From the NCBI GenBank assembly GCA_964016885.1, contig OZ024742.1:101246001-101310000 (forward strand): a stretch of DNA of 64,000 nucleotides, written 5' to 3'. Positions within the stretch are counted from its first letter, which is position 1. Each line of letters opens with the position of its first letter. Positions 12,490 to 25,016 of this stretch are shown here, piece by piece. Under the pieces are notes generated by a model. It was given only the letters and a program-made list of their open reading frames with translations, was not told the origin of the DNA and did no database searches. The stretch is from Eledone cirrhosa (Eukaryota). The position numbers and the translations under genes were made by a program.

Positions 12490-13130
12490 ATGATTTCTAC
12501 TTTAGGCACAAGGCCAGCAATTTGATGGGAACGGGAAGTCGGTCAAATTGACCCAGTGCATTACTGGTGCTTTCTTTATTTTATCAACCCTGTAAGGATG
12601 AAAGGCAAAGTTAACCTTGGCAGGATTTGAACTCAGAACATAAAGGGCCATAACAGTCTCAATAATGATAATAATAATGATTTCTTTATTTACCATAAGG
12701 GTATGAGATGAAGAGATATTACAAAGACAAGTAACATAAAAATTGGATGAGAAAGAAATGATGATGATAAACACTAATCTGATTTTCCTTCTTTGACCTA
12801 CAGGCTCAGGCTGAGAATAGAACCATTTACTCTTGCCATTTTCACCACAATCAGTTATCTTTTATAAAATTCATTAATGATTATTGTTTCTAACATAAGA
12901 ACAAGGCCATTAATTTTGGAGAGGGAAAAGTTGCTTATATGAACCACAGTATTTTACTGGTACTGGTGAGGTTTGAACTCTGAGTTCAAATCCCACCAAT
13001 GTCAACTTTGCCTTTCATCCCATCAAGGTCAATACAATAAAGTACCAGTTTAGTACTGGAGTTGAGTTAAGTGACTTTCCCCTTCCCTCAGATTGTTAGC
13101 CTTGTTCGTGCCAATGTTAGAAAGGATTAT
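12490..13130. mobile_element. Cluster of SINE fragments in both orientations
   Basis: Minus copy about 12490-12660; minus and plus fragments about 12885-13130 with the shared ctttgcctttcatcc core. Confidence 0.6.
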
Positions 13131-13182
13131 AAAATTCACTAATAATAATAATACTAATCTGTACTGTATGTGTTTGTTTCAG

Positions 13183-13394
13183 GAACATTACTTCTCTGTT
13201 CTCAATGACAAGATAGTGGAACAGATGTGTAGTCCACTATTGTCCAGCACCAATGGACGGTGTGATCCATTCCAATTGTTCAACTTCAAGGCCAGTCACC
13301 AGGTGTATGCAGAGCAGTACTGCAGCTATCTGCTGTCTCTTGTGCATGCCTGCTGGCACCATGCATGTATCGGTCAGCTCAGTCAGATCCCTGC
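13183..13394 (+). CDS. MED23: MED23 coding exon
   Basis: tttcag| ... |gtgagt; EHYFSVLNDKIVEQ...YLLSLVHACWHHACIGQLSQIP. Confidence 0.93.
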
Positions 13395-13797
13395 GTGAGT
13401 AACATTGCTGTTTGTATGCTTATTTACACACACACACTCTCATGTCACACACATTCTCTCTCTCTCCCATATATTACACACACAACTTTCTCACTCTCAT
13501 GTCACACATACACACACAATTGATAATCAATCTCCTCCACCACCACCCCTGTCAATAATATTAGACATACTTTAAACAATAACTCTTACCATAACCCCAC
13601 CTCTTTCTTCTTTTCCTGCAACTCTCTACCATCTTCAGTTACTCCTCTTCCCCCTCAGTCTGTCAGTCTCTTCTCCCTCCTACTCTAGTTCTCCATCACC
13701 CTCTGACCATCCATTGCTGCTGTTCCCCATCAGAACTACCAACCATCCTAACCACTGTCCTTATGTCTGACCTAACCATTGTCTCTATTCTCCACAG

Positions 13798-13918
13798 GTT
13801 TGTTCGTGATAAACTGAAGCCAATTATCCGTACTGAGGAACAATATATCTTCTTATGTCACCTCATAGGACCCTTTCTACAGAGGTTCCATGCTGAAAGA
13901 ACTCGCTGCCTTATTGAA
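13798..13918 (+). CDS. MED23: MED23 coding exon
   Basis: ccacag| ... |gtaaga; FVRDKLKPIIRTEEQYIFLCHLIGPFLQRFHAERTRCLIE. Confidence 0.93.
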
Positions 13919-14639
13919 GTAAGACCATATTCTCACTCACATAGACAGAATATATCAGGGAGGGGTATAGTGTTCTGGGTGTCTTTAGTTTAGAATAAGT
14001 ACACTGTATGTGTCTATATCATGGCTTTGCTTCGTTAACGAAGATTAAGAAGAGGGTGGTCCACATTGACTGCTGGATGCTCGTGGCTGTTCAGGCCAAT
14101 ATGGGACAGGCAAACGTAACCACAACGGCTGCTGCTGAAGGTCAGGTCAGGGTTTGATGACATGGTGTTGCAGTTCTTCCTCTTGCGCTTTTTGTCCTCG
14201 AGGGTGATCCTGTGGGTGTTTTCGAAGGAGCCAACATAGTTGCTGGTGAGATGCCAGGCATCACAGTCTCCAGTTTGAGTGACAACTCTTGTCCTTAAAC
14301 AAGCAACTTTATTCCACATTGTTCCAGTCCACTCAGATGACTAAAACAAGAATGGGTACCAGCAATAACCGGGGAGTTAATCTTGTGGTGGTCTGACATC
14401 CCATCTAGGGAAGAGTCTTGTACTTTCAGTTGCTTCATGTTACATGAAACTGAGATAAGCCTCTGCCTAATGAGACATCTAGACTTTAGACAAGCTTTAA
14501 TCTTTTAAGGAGTGGAAACATAATAGGGGTAAATTACTTCACAGATATTAGGGGAACATATCAGTGAAAGGATGGAAGACTATTTCACAGATATTGGGGG
14601 AATAATTTTAACTATCACTAACCATCCAACTTTCTCCAT

Positions 14640-14925
14640 TATCATCATCATCATTACCCACATACCATCATCACCATAATCACCCACATACTATCACTAT
14701 CATCATTATCACTATCATCATTATCATCATTATCATCATCATCACCCTAACCCTAACTGCCACCATCATCATCATTATCATTGTCATCACCCACATATCA
14801 TCATCACCCCAACCATAACTGCCACCACCATCACCATACCATCATCATCATTCTCACACTAACCCTAACTGCGACTGTCATCATCCATGTACCATCATCA
14901 TCATCATCCATGTACCATTATCACC
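14640..14925. repeat. (CAT/CAC)n low-complexity tract
   Basis: Direct observation. Confidence 0.85.
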
Positions 14926-14948
14926 ATCTGTATTTTGCTTTTTTACAG

Positions 14949-15034
14949 TTGACCGTTGAATTGTATGAAATCTTGGAAAATGTTGACAAAGTCTCAGAAC
15001 ATATGCACATGATGGATGCTATTTCTGACTTTCT
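14949..15034 (+). CDS. MED23: MED23 penultimate coding exon, followed by U12-type donor
   Basis: ttacag| acceptor; LTVELYEILENVDKVSEHMHMMDAISDF(L); donor GTATCCTTT at 15035. Confidence 0.92.
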
Positions 15035-15090
15035 GTATCCTTTCAGCTTGGTTGTTTATGTTATTTGGTTGTTGGTTGGTGATTTATCTG

Positions 15091-15290
15091 TATGAGGATC
15101 GGTTGAAAAGTTCACAGGCTGACTATGAAGGAGTGATGTTAGTGCTGTGAAATCTTGCATGCATTAATTTCAACTCTTGTTAATAATAACTGCATTGTTT
15201 CTTTTCGGGGACTATGTTGAAAAATAAACCTCATTTGGTCATTCCATGAGAGTATATTGGTCAGCATATGAACTTTTCAGCTGACATTTG
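15091..15290. mobile_element. Tc1/mariner-type MITE
   Basis: TATGAGGATCGGTTGAAAAGTTCA at left; TGAACTTTTCAGCTGAC at right. Confidence 0.6.
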
Positions 15291-15312
15291 TGTGTGTGTG
15301 TGTGTGTGTGTG

Positions 15313-15510
15313 TAAAGAGTAAACAGAAATAACAAAACAAACAGTACATGGAATGAATATATTAGTTTACCGCTTGAAATAGCAGGAAGATGGTCTTAAC
15401 GTTTCAAATGCTAGTCCTTCATCAGACAAAAGAATGAGAAATTAAAGAAGAATTAGAAAGATTGAGTAGAGCGGAATTGGAAACAAATTTTTAAAGAAAA
15501 ATAACAGTTC
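15313..15510 (-). mobile_element. Dispersed repeat with decayed minimal HHR-like motif, probably PLE-derived
   Basis: Similar to 30920-31130 and 59140-59220; minus strand reads CTGATGA-AGGACTAGCATTT-GAAACGTT. Confidence 0.5.
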
Positions 15511-15989
15511 CATTTATGTTGCCATCTCTATATATATTATGTATGTGTGAGTGTGTGTGTTTGATTGTGTGATTGTATCTGTGTATGTGTTCATGGGTGT
15601 TTATGCATTTGTAAGTAAGTGGTTAGGTGACAGGGGTATGCTGGTTCATGTTTATATAACTGTCTTGTTGCATGTTTATGTGTGTGTATAGGTATATTTA
15701 TTGCTGCTTATGTATTTATTATTTGTCACTAGCCTACCCCCCAAACCCATATTGACCATCTCATGTTGTTGGCTACTATGCCAATGTCCCCTGAACCACA
15801 GATCTGCAACTTGTCATAACCTACTTTTAATTTTTTCCCATGGCCCATATATATATAACATCATATCTTAAATATAAAAATTTTAAAAGGTCCGAGGTCA
15901 TCAGAAAACACTTCAATGTCTCACTGGTTACCAACTCTTGTCTGACATCTACAGTATATACCATGTTTTATATCTGAGAAATAAGCAAA

Positions 15990-16300
15990 ATTCCAAACTC
16001 CATTTATAAATCAGGGCAGCTAATGCAGCTAATCACAGAGTTGCTGAAGCATGGAACAAACTGCCTGCGTCAGTTGTTAGCTGCTGAGACACTGCATCCT
16101 TTAAAACACTCATGCTTCCCGAAATACGCCAAAACTACACCTAATGTACCCCTTCCATACACATGCACACATGTGTATATCATGACTCATGCACTGTTCA
16201 TTTTCCTGACGTTTGTACATTACCCTATGTACTATACATACACTTTTTGATGAGTTGTAGTGCACCTGAGCACTGTACACAATATTTCATTATTATTATT
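15990..16300 (+). mobile_element. CR1/L2-group LINE 3' end
   Basis: RVAEAWNKLPASVVSC.DTASFK C-terminal motif followed by (ATT)n tail. Confidence 0.6.
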
Positions 16301-16663
16301 AACACATTGTTTAGATGGTGTATATAATCAGACCCACCCTCCATTTTACCATAGATTCTTTGGTCACATATTACTTGGCTTATATTTGGGTATATACAGT
16401 ATATGTTGTTGTTGCTGCAGCTGTTGTTGTTGTTACAGTTCACAACTATATAGGTAGGTTTTAGCTGGTCTCCTTTGAGTTTGCATCTCATAGGAGGTTT
16501 TTTGGTTGTTTTATTGACAGGTGCTCCAGTCCTATCATGAAAAGACTCTCCCCACTTGGACCAGATGTCAATTTATTGCAGAGATTACTTTTTTTTTTTT
16601 TGTTCAGCTGAGTGGGCTACCCTACACCCACATATCACCATCATTTCCTTAACATTACTTCAG

Positions 16664-16883
16664 CTATCACATTAAATACATGTTTGTTGGAGATGGAGTG
16701 AAAAACGATGTCGAGAAGATCATTAGAAACTTACGCCCAGCCTTGCAGTTACGCCTTAGGTTTATTTCACGGATCAACATCGAAGAGACGACATCTTCTA
16801 ATTCTTCAACCTCCTCCTCTTCCTCTTCTTCATCATCTTCTACCTCTCAACCAGCCAAGATGCAAGAGAATTTTCCCTTCTAA
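16664..16883 (+). CDS. MED23: MED23 terminal coding exon
   Basis: cttcag| acceptor; YHIKYMFVGDGVKNDVEKIIRNLRPALQLRLRFISRI, Ser-rich tail, TAA stop at 16881-16883. Confidence 0.93.
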
Positions 16884-16976
16884 ACTGCTTAGCACTTTCC
16901 AACTGGCTGACTAGTCTAAATATAGACACATACATACAGACATACATACCAGGGTTGGTGTGTATACATGTTGTGC

Positions 16977-17023
<47 letters not shown>

Positions 17024-17062
17024 TACATGGACATTAGAACAGTAAACATATGAGCAATGTAC

Positions 17063-17068
17063 AATAAA
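17063..17068 (+). promoter_or_regulatory. Candidate MED23 polyadenylation signal
   Basis: First AATAAA about 180 nt after the stop codon; usage unknown. Confidence 0.35.
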
Positions 17069-17175
17069 TGAGTAAATAATGAATATTATAAACAGATGAA
17101 CAAATCTTCTATCCATGCAAACAACTAATTGGGTAAATTTCTGTATGAGAGTGAGAGTGCACACATGTGTGTGTG

Positions 17176-17207
<32 letters not shown>

Positions 17208-17833
17208 TACATGCTTACATATCTACATATTAAAAATGTCATCATCATCATCATCACCATTTAACACCCATTTTAAACGGTGATGGTGATGATGGTGACA
17301 CATTTTTAATAAGTAGACATGTAATACTTATATACACATCGGTGCAGGCTTAGCAACCCACTCTGTATGTATACAGATATAACTTTATCATACAGTTTGG
17401 ATGCTAGCAGACTTCTTAATGTATCTCTTAATTAACTACCAACATGATGAGTACTAATGCAAATTAGTACATCCTTTTCAGAATAACACTAAAAATGAAT
17501 GGGTATTTAAATATGTGTTTCTTTGTGGTTGTTTGGATGATATACTCACCTTCAAATGAGGGCCCAAATAGGTAAAAAAATTGATTAAAGGTGTTTATCA
17601 TTTTTTTTCAAATTACAGGGAAATTCATATTTTCTGGCATGTTTACATGCCTACATTGGTGCAGTCTTGGTTACTCACTCAGTATTTATACAGATATAAC
17701 ATTATCATACACTTCGGCTGCTAACACACCTCTTAATATATATATATATATATGTGTGTGTATATATAAACATCGACATTATATATATATCAAACCCATG
17801 CAAGCGTGGAAGATGGACGTTAAACGATGATGA

Positions 17834-17872
<39 letters not shown>

Positions 17873-18862
17873 CATACATACACATACACACACACACACA
17901 CACATAGATGTAAGATGCCATGTTTTAGAACACAAGAAGAAATACTTGGATCATCATCATTGCCTGTTTTACATCTGTCTTCCATGCTGGCTTAAGCTGG
18001 ACTGGTTGTTATGTTCAGCAACTACATAGGTCCCTTGTGCATGTCCTACACATATATTGCTTTTTGGCCTGGTTTCTACATCCCAATATAGAATATATAT
18101 ATTGAAGATGGTGTTTTATGTCTAATCAATCAAATTCCCATAATTGGTGCAAGCCAATTGTTGGAATGGATGCCTCTTTAGACATTTGACTGTGTCTATC
18201 ACAGCATTTTAGAGGGATTTAGAAGCATTTCTCAGTGTTCATCTCCTCCCCAAACATCCAGTTCCTCTCAAAGTTTAGCCTGCCAGCAGAAGCAGTTATG
18301 AGGTTGTAGCTGAAAATGTCCTGGAGTTGGAAGTGAGTGTCGGGTGAGAACCAGTGTACCTGTCCGTCCCTAATAACGCTGCTACTGGTCAAGCTATTCT
18401 CTCTATCTGAACATCCAGTTTTGAGATAATCATCATTATCATCACTGTTTAACGTCCATTTTTTCATACTAGCATAGGTTAGACAAATTGTCCTATTGTG
18501 AGACAAGTCAGAACAGATGATCGTGTCTTGTTCATAGAGAACTGTTTCTGGCTTGGTTTCTATGACTGGATGCTCTTCTTAACACCAACCACATTTACAG
18601 CAAGGACTGGATGCTGTTTATCGTGGCATGCATATATATATATATATGGAATTCTATAAGAATCCAGCTTCTATAATTTTCGGCGGAAACAGGGACTGCG
18701 TGGCTCTGATGATCGGCAAACAGCATGAAACAGACTGTTAGCTTCTCTCCCTTATTTCGCCGAAAAGAAGTGAGTGACATAGTCACTACTTTAAAACTGA
18801 TAGCGAATGGTCTTCTAAATGTTTTTAATTAAACATACAGTATATTATCAAATATACTATTT

Positions 18863-19209
18863 GGAGGCACATGGCTTAGTGGTTAGAGCATTGGCCTAGC
18901 AATCGAAAGGTTGTGAGTTCAATTCTCAAACCGGGTGATGTGTTGTTTCCTTGAGCAAGACACTTTATTTCACATTGCTCCAGTTTACTCAGCTGTAGAA
19001 ATGAGATGATAGGGACTGGGGTCCCTATCATTCCACTGCAAAGTGGTCGTGTAGGTGCCATGGCAAAAAGCACCCAGCACTCACTGTAAATGAGGTTGGT
19101 GTTAGGAAGGGCATCCAGCTGTAGAAATCAAGCCAGAATCAGTTCCCGTCCCACCCTTGCAAGCAGGGAAAAGTGGACGTAAAATGATGATGATGATGAT
19201 GATGATGAT
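18863..19209 (+). mobile_element. tRNA-derived SINE with RTE-derived 3' part
   Basis: A box TGGCTTAGTGG, B box GAGTTCAATTC, core ccttgagcaagacacttt; 3' part matches RTE 3' sequences; (ATG)n tail. Confidence 0.8.
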
Positions 19210-19610
19210 ACTATACATACATTCATGTATACATCGCTATTTCAGAGCACCAATCCTAATACCATATATATATATATATAGAACACATACCATAGTTAAA
19301 TTATGGGTTTCACTGAATTTTAGAATTCAATGTACTTTTACATCCACCATGTAAAGCATGTCTACCCAGAGAGTAGCAAGTTGATTTGATTTGGTCCACA
19401 TGCATTTGTATCTGAATATGATGACCATAATCATTCGTAAGATTTTGGTGAAGAAATGAACAAGACTCAATTTGTGTTATGTCATAATCTAGGTTTATGC
19501 AATTCCACATGTTGAAAGAAGAATATCATGGGAACAAGTGTAGGAGAAATAAAATGATGTAACTTCATGTTGGTTTTTTTCTATCATTGTTTCATATATA
19601 TATATATATA

Positions 19611-20930
19611 TCATCATCATCATCATCGTTTAACGTCCATCTTCCACGCTAGCATGGGTTTGGACGGTAATTTTCCCACTTGAGGCAAGATTGGTTGTCT
19701 TGCTCATATAGGACTGTCTGGTGGGTTTTCTATGGCTGGATGCCCTTCCTAACACCAACCACGTTTACAGTGAGGACTGGGAGGTTTTTAGCATGTTACT
19801 TGCACGGCCACATTACAGCGTGGACTGTGTGTTTTTTTGTCGTGACACCTACACAACCTCATTTATTTTGGACTGGATGTTGTGGTACCAACATAACTTA
19901 ACATCGAAAGGGGGTGGTGTGGTTGGGTTGGGGGTAGTGGGACGGGGGTGTGTTTTGGTAAGAGGTGCCTACTAACTGTAGGTTTCACTTTGCACTTAGG
20001 CAAGGCGAGTCTTCTGTATTACTGCGTAGCGCCAAAGATCTCGGTCCAGTGACATTGTCTTGGAGAGGTGTAAGTGTGTGAGGTCGGAATTTATCAAGTC
20101 GTCCCAGGTTTTTCTGGGTCTGCCTACTCCGTGGCTACCATCTATTTTGATCGCCCTGCACTTTTTTTATACAGCTGTCATCTTTCATGCGTATCACATG
20201 ACCATACCAACGTAGTCTTCTCTCGAGTAAACAGCATCTGATCCCTCTTATTTCTAATTTCTCACTTAGTTCATTTATGCTTTGCCGTTCATGTATTACA
20301 CATCCAACGGAGCATGCAAGCTTTGTTCTTCTCCAGTCTGCATAGATCCTCTGCACACAATGCCCAAGTCTCACTGCCATGTAACATTGCTGTTCGTATG
20401 CAGGCATCATACAGCCTGCCTTTCATTTTTAGAGAGAAACCTTTAGCGGCCAATAGTGGTATAAGCTCTCTGAACTTTTTCCATCCCGTTCTGACTCTAG
20501 CTACTGTACTTTCAGAGCACCCTCCCCCACTGCTGATTTTGTCACCCAGGTAACGGAAGGTATCCACTATTTCTATAGAACCATCTGTGCAATGGAATGG
20601 GCTAATATTCTGTGGGCACTTGCTGCTACTTATTACACCTGAGCACCGGCCACATATAAAATCTATATTCTTAGTTAGCTTACCTGTGATCCCACTACAT
20701 CTTTTATGCACCCATACTTTGCATTTGGGACATAAAATGGAGTTTCTGCCTACTCCTTTCCTACACACTGAGCATGGCCATTTCCCAGATGGGACCAGAG
20801 CCCTATTTTCCTTCCTACATACTAGAACTTTAGTCTTAGACAGGTTAATTTTAAGGCCTTTTGATTCTAGGCCATGCTTCCATGTTTGGAATTTCTTCTC
20901 TAGTTCAGCCATTGATTCAGCTATAAACGT
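19611..20930 (-). mobile_element. RTE LINE 3' fragment with PHD-like insert
   Basis: ORFs 20289-20960 and 20135-20410; KWPCSVC..CPKC..WVHKRC..CGRC..FRYLG; (CAT)n tail. Confidence 0.9.
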
Positions 20931-21714
20931 TATATTTATATATATATATATATATATCAAAAGAGATCAATATATAATATATAACAATTGTGTGGCTCTA
21001 TGATAGTTCTATGAAAGAATTAGATCCAATACCTCAGGAAACAACATATCTAATATTTCGCAGAAAATCTAATAGGTTAAAAAATTGTAGAGACAGAATA
21101 AGTATTATACTTACATTGCACTAAGTTTTCACAAAGCCTGGTAACATTTCATGCAACAAAAAAATCAACATTTATTGTTGATTAATATCGGCAAATGGTG
21201 AAGCGAAAAGATGCAATCAACAGTAGACATCTTGAAACCCTAGAAACATTAGTTTCCAAAGAACAAGAGGCCAGCCATTGCTCAGGCCACATGTAGAATA
21301 AAAATAAAAAGATAACGTTAGATAGGATGAAAGTTTTATATATATATATGTATTATTATCTCCCTCTCTCTATATATATATATATAGAGAGAGAGAGAAT
21401 ATATTGTTTTAATCCAAATGAAAATGTACGTGCGCATATGTTTGTGTGTGTGTACGTGCAGCATTCCACAGAAAGTAAAAACTATCAAAATGTGTGCGTA
21501 TGTGTAAGTGCACGGATGCGTGTGCGCGTTTCCATGCATGTATGTGTGTGTACGTGCGGCGTTTCACAATCGCCATGCAGTTTGTCTGTCTGTGTGCCTG
21601 TCTGTCAGTCTAACATACACAGAGTTGTGAAGGGAGTAAATAGGGACCTTTTTTTTACATTGACGGACATCTTTTATATTTATTATTGTCATTTTTTTGA
21701 CAATTGCTCGAAAT

Positions 21715-22772
21715 AACGATGAATCTGGTATATCTGGAAGATTTTTTTTACTGTTTTTTGTATCACACAGACACCACGGACTCACCTCATACTGTAACCA
21801 GACAAACATCCAATACAGTCATTTTCTCTTTTATCTGTCTTCTCTTATCATCTGTTTACCCGGGCAAAGCTGGGTATGTCAGCTAGTATATATAAATTCC
21901 TTTTGTCTGTCTGTCTTTTCCTTATGCATTCTCCAAATATCTTGACCAAATCAAATCAAATTTTACCCCAGGTGCAACAAAACAATTTTTATTTTCATTT
22001 GGATTAAACAATAAAACACTTTATCTAAAATAATCTACTATAGACAACTAGGTAAACGGATATTTTGTAACATGACGATATCACGTTTTGTATACGAGTC
22101 TGTATGTGTGTTTGCGCGAATAGTATTAGACCCCGGGAGTAACAACATACAGTTTTTATTTTCATTTGGTACGTTACATACACACACATCTTCATGTAAA
22201 TACTTAATCAGATACACAGAAGTAACACGATTCAGACGCTGATTTACACACACACACACACATACACACATATACAATTATCTATATCTACATATAATAT
22301 AAAATATTGGAACTTTCATCATCCTTTTGAGAAACGTGGACCTGCTACTTCTATGCAATGGCACACACTTTACAGCCAAGAGGATGATGAACCATCTCCT
22401 AGAGGTCACTATTCTTGGAGGCAATCATCAAGAAGAAAATGCATTTATTCCCAAGATTAGAGCCAGTTTTGCTACGACCGTACATAAAGCTCAGGCTCAA
22501 AGTTTCAAAGTTGTTGAATTGAACACAAGAGAATCGCTTGAGAATCATGAGGTTGTTCACGAGTGGCAACACCTAGAAATCTTCATATACTATGAATGAA
22601 TGGTAAAACGAAGAATCTGGTGTATCTGGAAGATTTTTTAATAACATACGAGTACACACACCATGATCTCGCCTCATACTGTAAACCAGACAAACATCCA
22701 ATAGTCATTTTCTCTTCTACCTGTCTTCTCTTATCATCTGTTTACCCGGGCGAAGCTGAGTACATCAGCTAG
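21715..22772 (+). mobile_element. Helitron remnants: two 3' ends and a PIF1-like helicase fragment
   Basis: ORF 22327-22599 LCNGT...EVTILGG..AFIPKI..FATTVHKAQAQS resembles the Helitron helicase C-terminus; GC hairpin plus CTAG|T ends at about 21886 and 22772; 21715-21886 repeated at about 22610-22772. Confidence 0.75.
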
Positions 22773-23629
22773 TTTAATATATATATATATATATATGAGG
22801 CTATAGTGTGTTAGTTCACTATTTTCATTGGTAAGATAAGTTAAGCTCAATGCCTCTTTCACCCTTCGTTCTTCAGGAGTGAATAATTATATTAGCAGAG
22901 CATTTATAATTCAAAATTCAGTAAGACCAAGGATTAAAATTATTGTTTATTTACACATCTACGAATGTTTCAATACAGCTAGATGATATCTACTAATATA
23001 ATAGCCTTGTGTATTTGACTGTCACACACTACAGAAGACTGAGGAAGGAAGGGTGATTATGTTAACTGAGGAAAGAAGGGGTGGTAACGTTGACTGAGGA
23101 AGGAGGGATGGCAGCGTCTAATATTTGCTACACTTGTGTGTCTATATGTATAACAAATTGGCTATACACATTGGCTGTTATGATTATGTGAGTGTTTGTG
23201 TAAATTATATTTATATATAATATATTTGTGTGAATGTATATGTGTTTGTGTTTATTTAGAAAGATACATAGACAACAGAATTATAAATACACACGCATCT
23301 GCACATTTATATATATAAACAGACACTAGAAAATATAATTATTACATACACACATCTATGTGATAACTAATGAAGGAGGGGGTTGAGAAACTATAGAAGT
23401 CCAGCGTTTTAAGATTCGTCACAACTATGTGTTTGTGTTTGTATCCCTTGTGTGAGTGAGCATGAAGGAACCAACCAACAAACATCTCTTTTTTTATATT
23501 GTGTATAGATATTACAATTATCGATCATTTTTTACAGCACGAGGCCAGCTAGTACATCAATAATGGAGAAAACCGAAAAATGTTCAGTTAATTACCTCCA
23601 CATGGTCGCTTTATTTCAGGCCGAAGCCT

Positions 23630-24012
23630 GGCTGTAAGATGCCTGTGTGTTATGTTGCATGGAAGTGAATGCAGAGGATATATGAAGGCTGGAGAGAAAT
23701 GAAGCAAACATGCTTCCATGAATGTGTAATGCTAATATGCATGAACAACAAGGCATTGATGAACTGAGAGAAAAGTTGGGTATAAGAGGAATCAAATGAA
23801 GATTTCAAGATGCATATGGATGATGATCATGACGTAAAGAAGTGCCAAGAAATCCCAGTGGAAAGAAGCTGCAGTAGAGGAAGACCTAGGCAAAGGTTGT
23901 GAGAGCTGATGGCAAATTGCTGAGACTCACAGAGATGACAAAGGACCACAAGAAGTGGAGGGATGCTGTGCTGGAAAAGTGGACATAAAAAGATGAATGA
24001 AACAACATCATC
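23630..24012 (+). mobile_element. Degraded RTE LINE 3' fragment
   Basis: Nucleotide similarity to 6290-6740. Confidence 0.75.
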
Positions 24013-24985
24013 AGTTTCTTGGCATCCTGAGATACTGGATACTGAAAAGTTTTCACTAGTGTCACATCTTATTGCCAAAATATGCATTTTCAGGTATATT
24101 TTGGCTTGGTTTCTACAGCTGGATGCCCTTCCTAATGCCAATGTGTATGTGTGTGAATGAATATATTAGTGTGTGTGTGAGGATGTATGCATATACATAC
24201 AAACATATCCTCAGACATATGCATACATCCTCACACACACATATATTCATTCACACACACACACACATATCTACATTTATCCTCACATCAGACTCAGCAT
24301 TATATGCACCAGTCTCTGCTGAAACTATACTGTAAACCAAAACTGGTTTCTCATCTGTGAAACAAAACCAAACATCATAAAAGGTTCCTATTTAAATTAA
24401 AATCTTCCACCATAATCTGATATAAGAACTATATGATAAGATATTATATTAGTAATGAAATGATTCATAATTTTAGCAAACCCCACAAAATTCTTCTTTA
24501 ATTAATTTAAATAGCATGTATTTCATTAGAAAATATTAAAATAGTTTCATTATCTTCACTCATGTGACCAGCTGCTTCATCATCACCAGCAACAATATTT
24601 TACATTTTATCTCATTCATTATGTATGGATTACTTTAGAAATTTCATCATCATCATCACCTGGCTTTTTTTATTTCAATTATTATCCATTTCTTTGTCCA
24701 ACTTATGTACCATCCTATTTCTCTCTATCTCATGAAAAAACAATTAAAAGCAATTCTCTAAAGTACAATTCATTTTGTTTTGTTGTTTTGGGGGGAGGAG
24801 GCGTTCAGCATTATACAGTGTGTAGGCTAAGGCCTTTGAATTGGAGCTACAGCCCAGTGTCTGTCTACCAAGTTTCACTCACTAGGCATGGTTTGACCCA
24901 AGGATTGTACCTAGAATCTTACAATTGTGAAATGAACTTCTTAACCATTCAACCATGCCTGCATCCAAATATATAGATATATATA

Positions 24986-25016
<31 letters not shown>

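Larger units (their letters stand above)
15035..16663 (+). other. Second U12-type GT-AG intron of MED23
   Basis: 5' splice site GTATCCTTT; consensus branch site TTTCCTTAAC (16644-16653) 10 nt before intron end. Confidence 0.92.

Noticed and set aside
18863-18935. tRNA gene
   Set aside because: A and B boxes present but no full cloverleaf, and it continues into a SINE core and RTE tail
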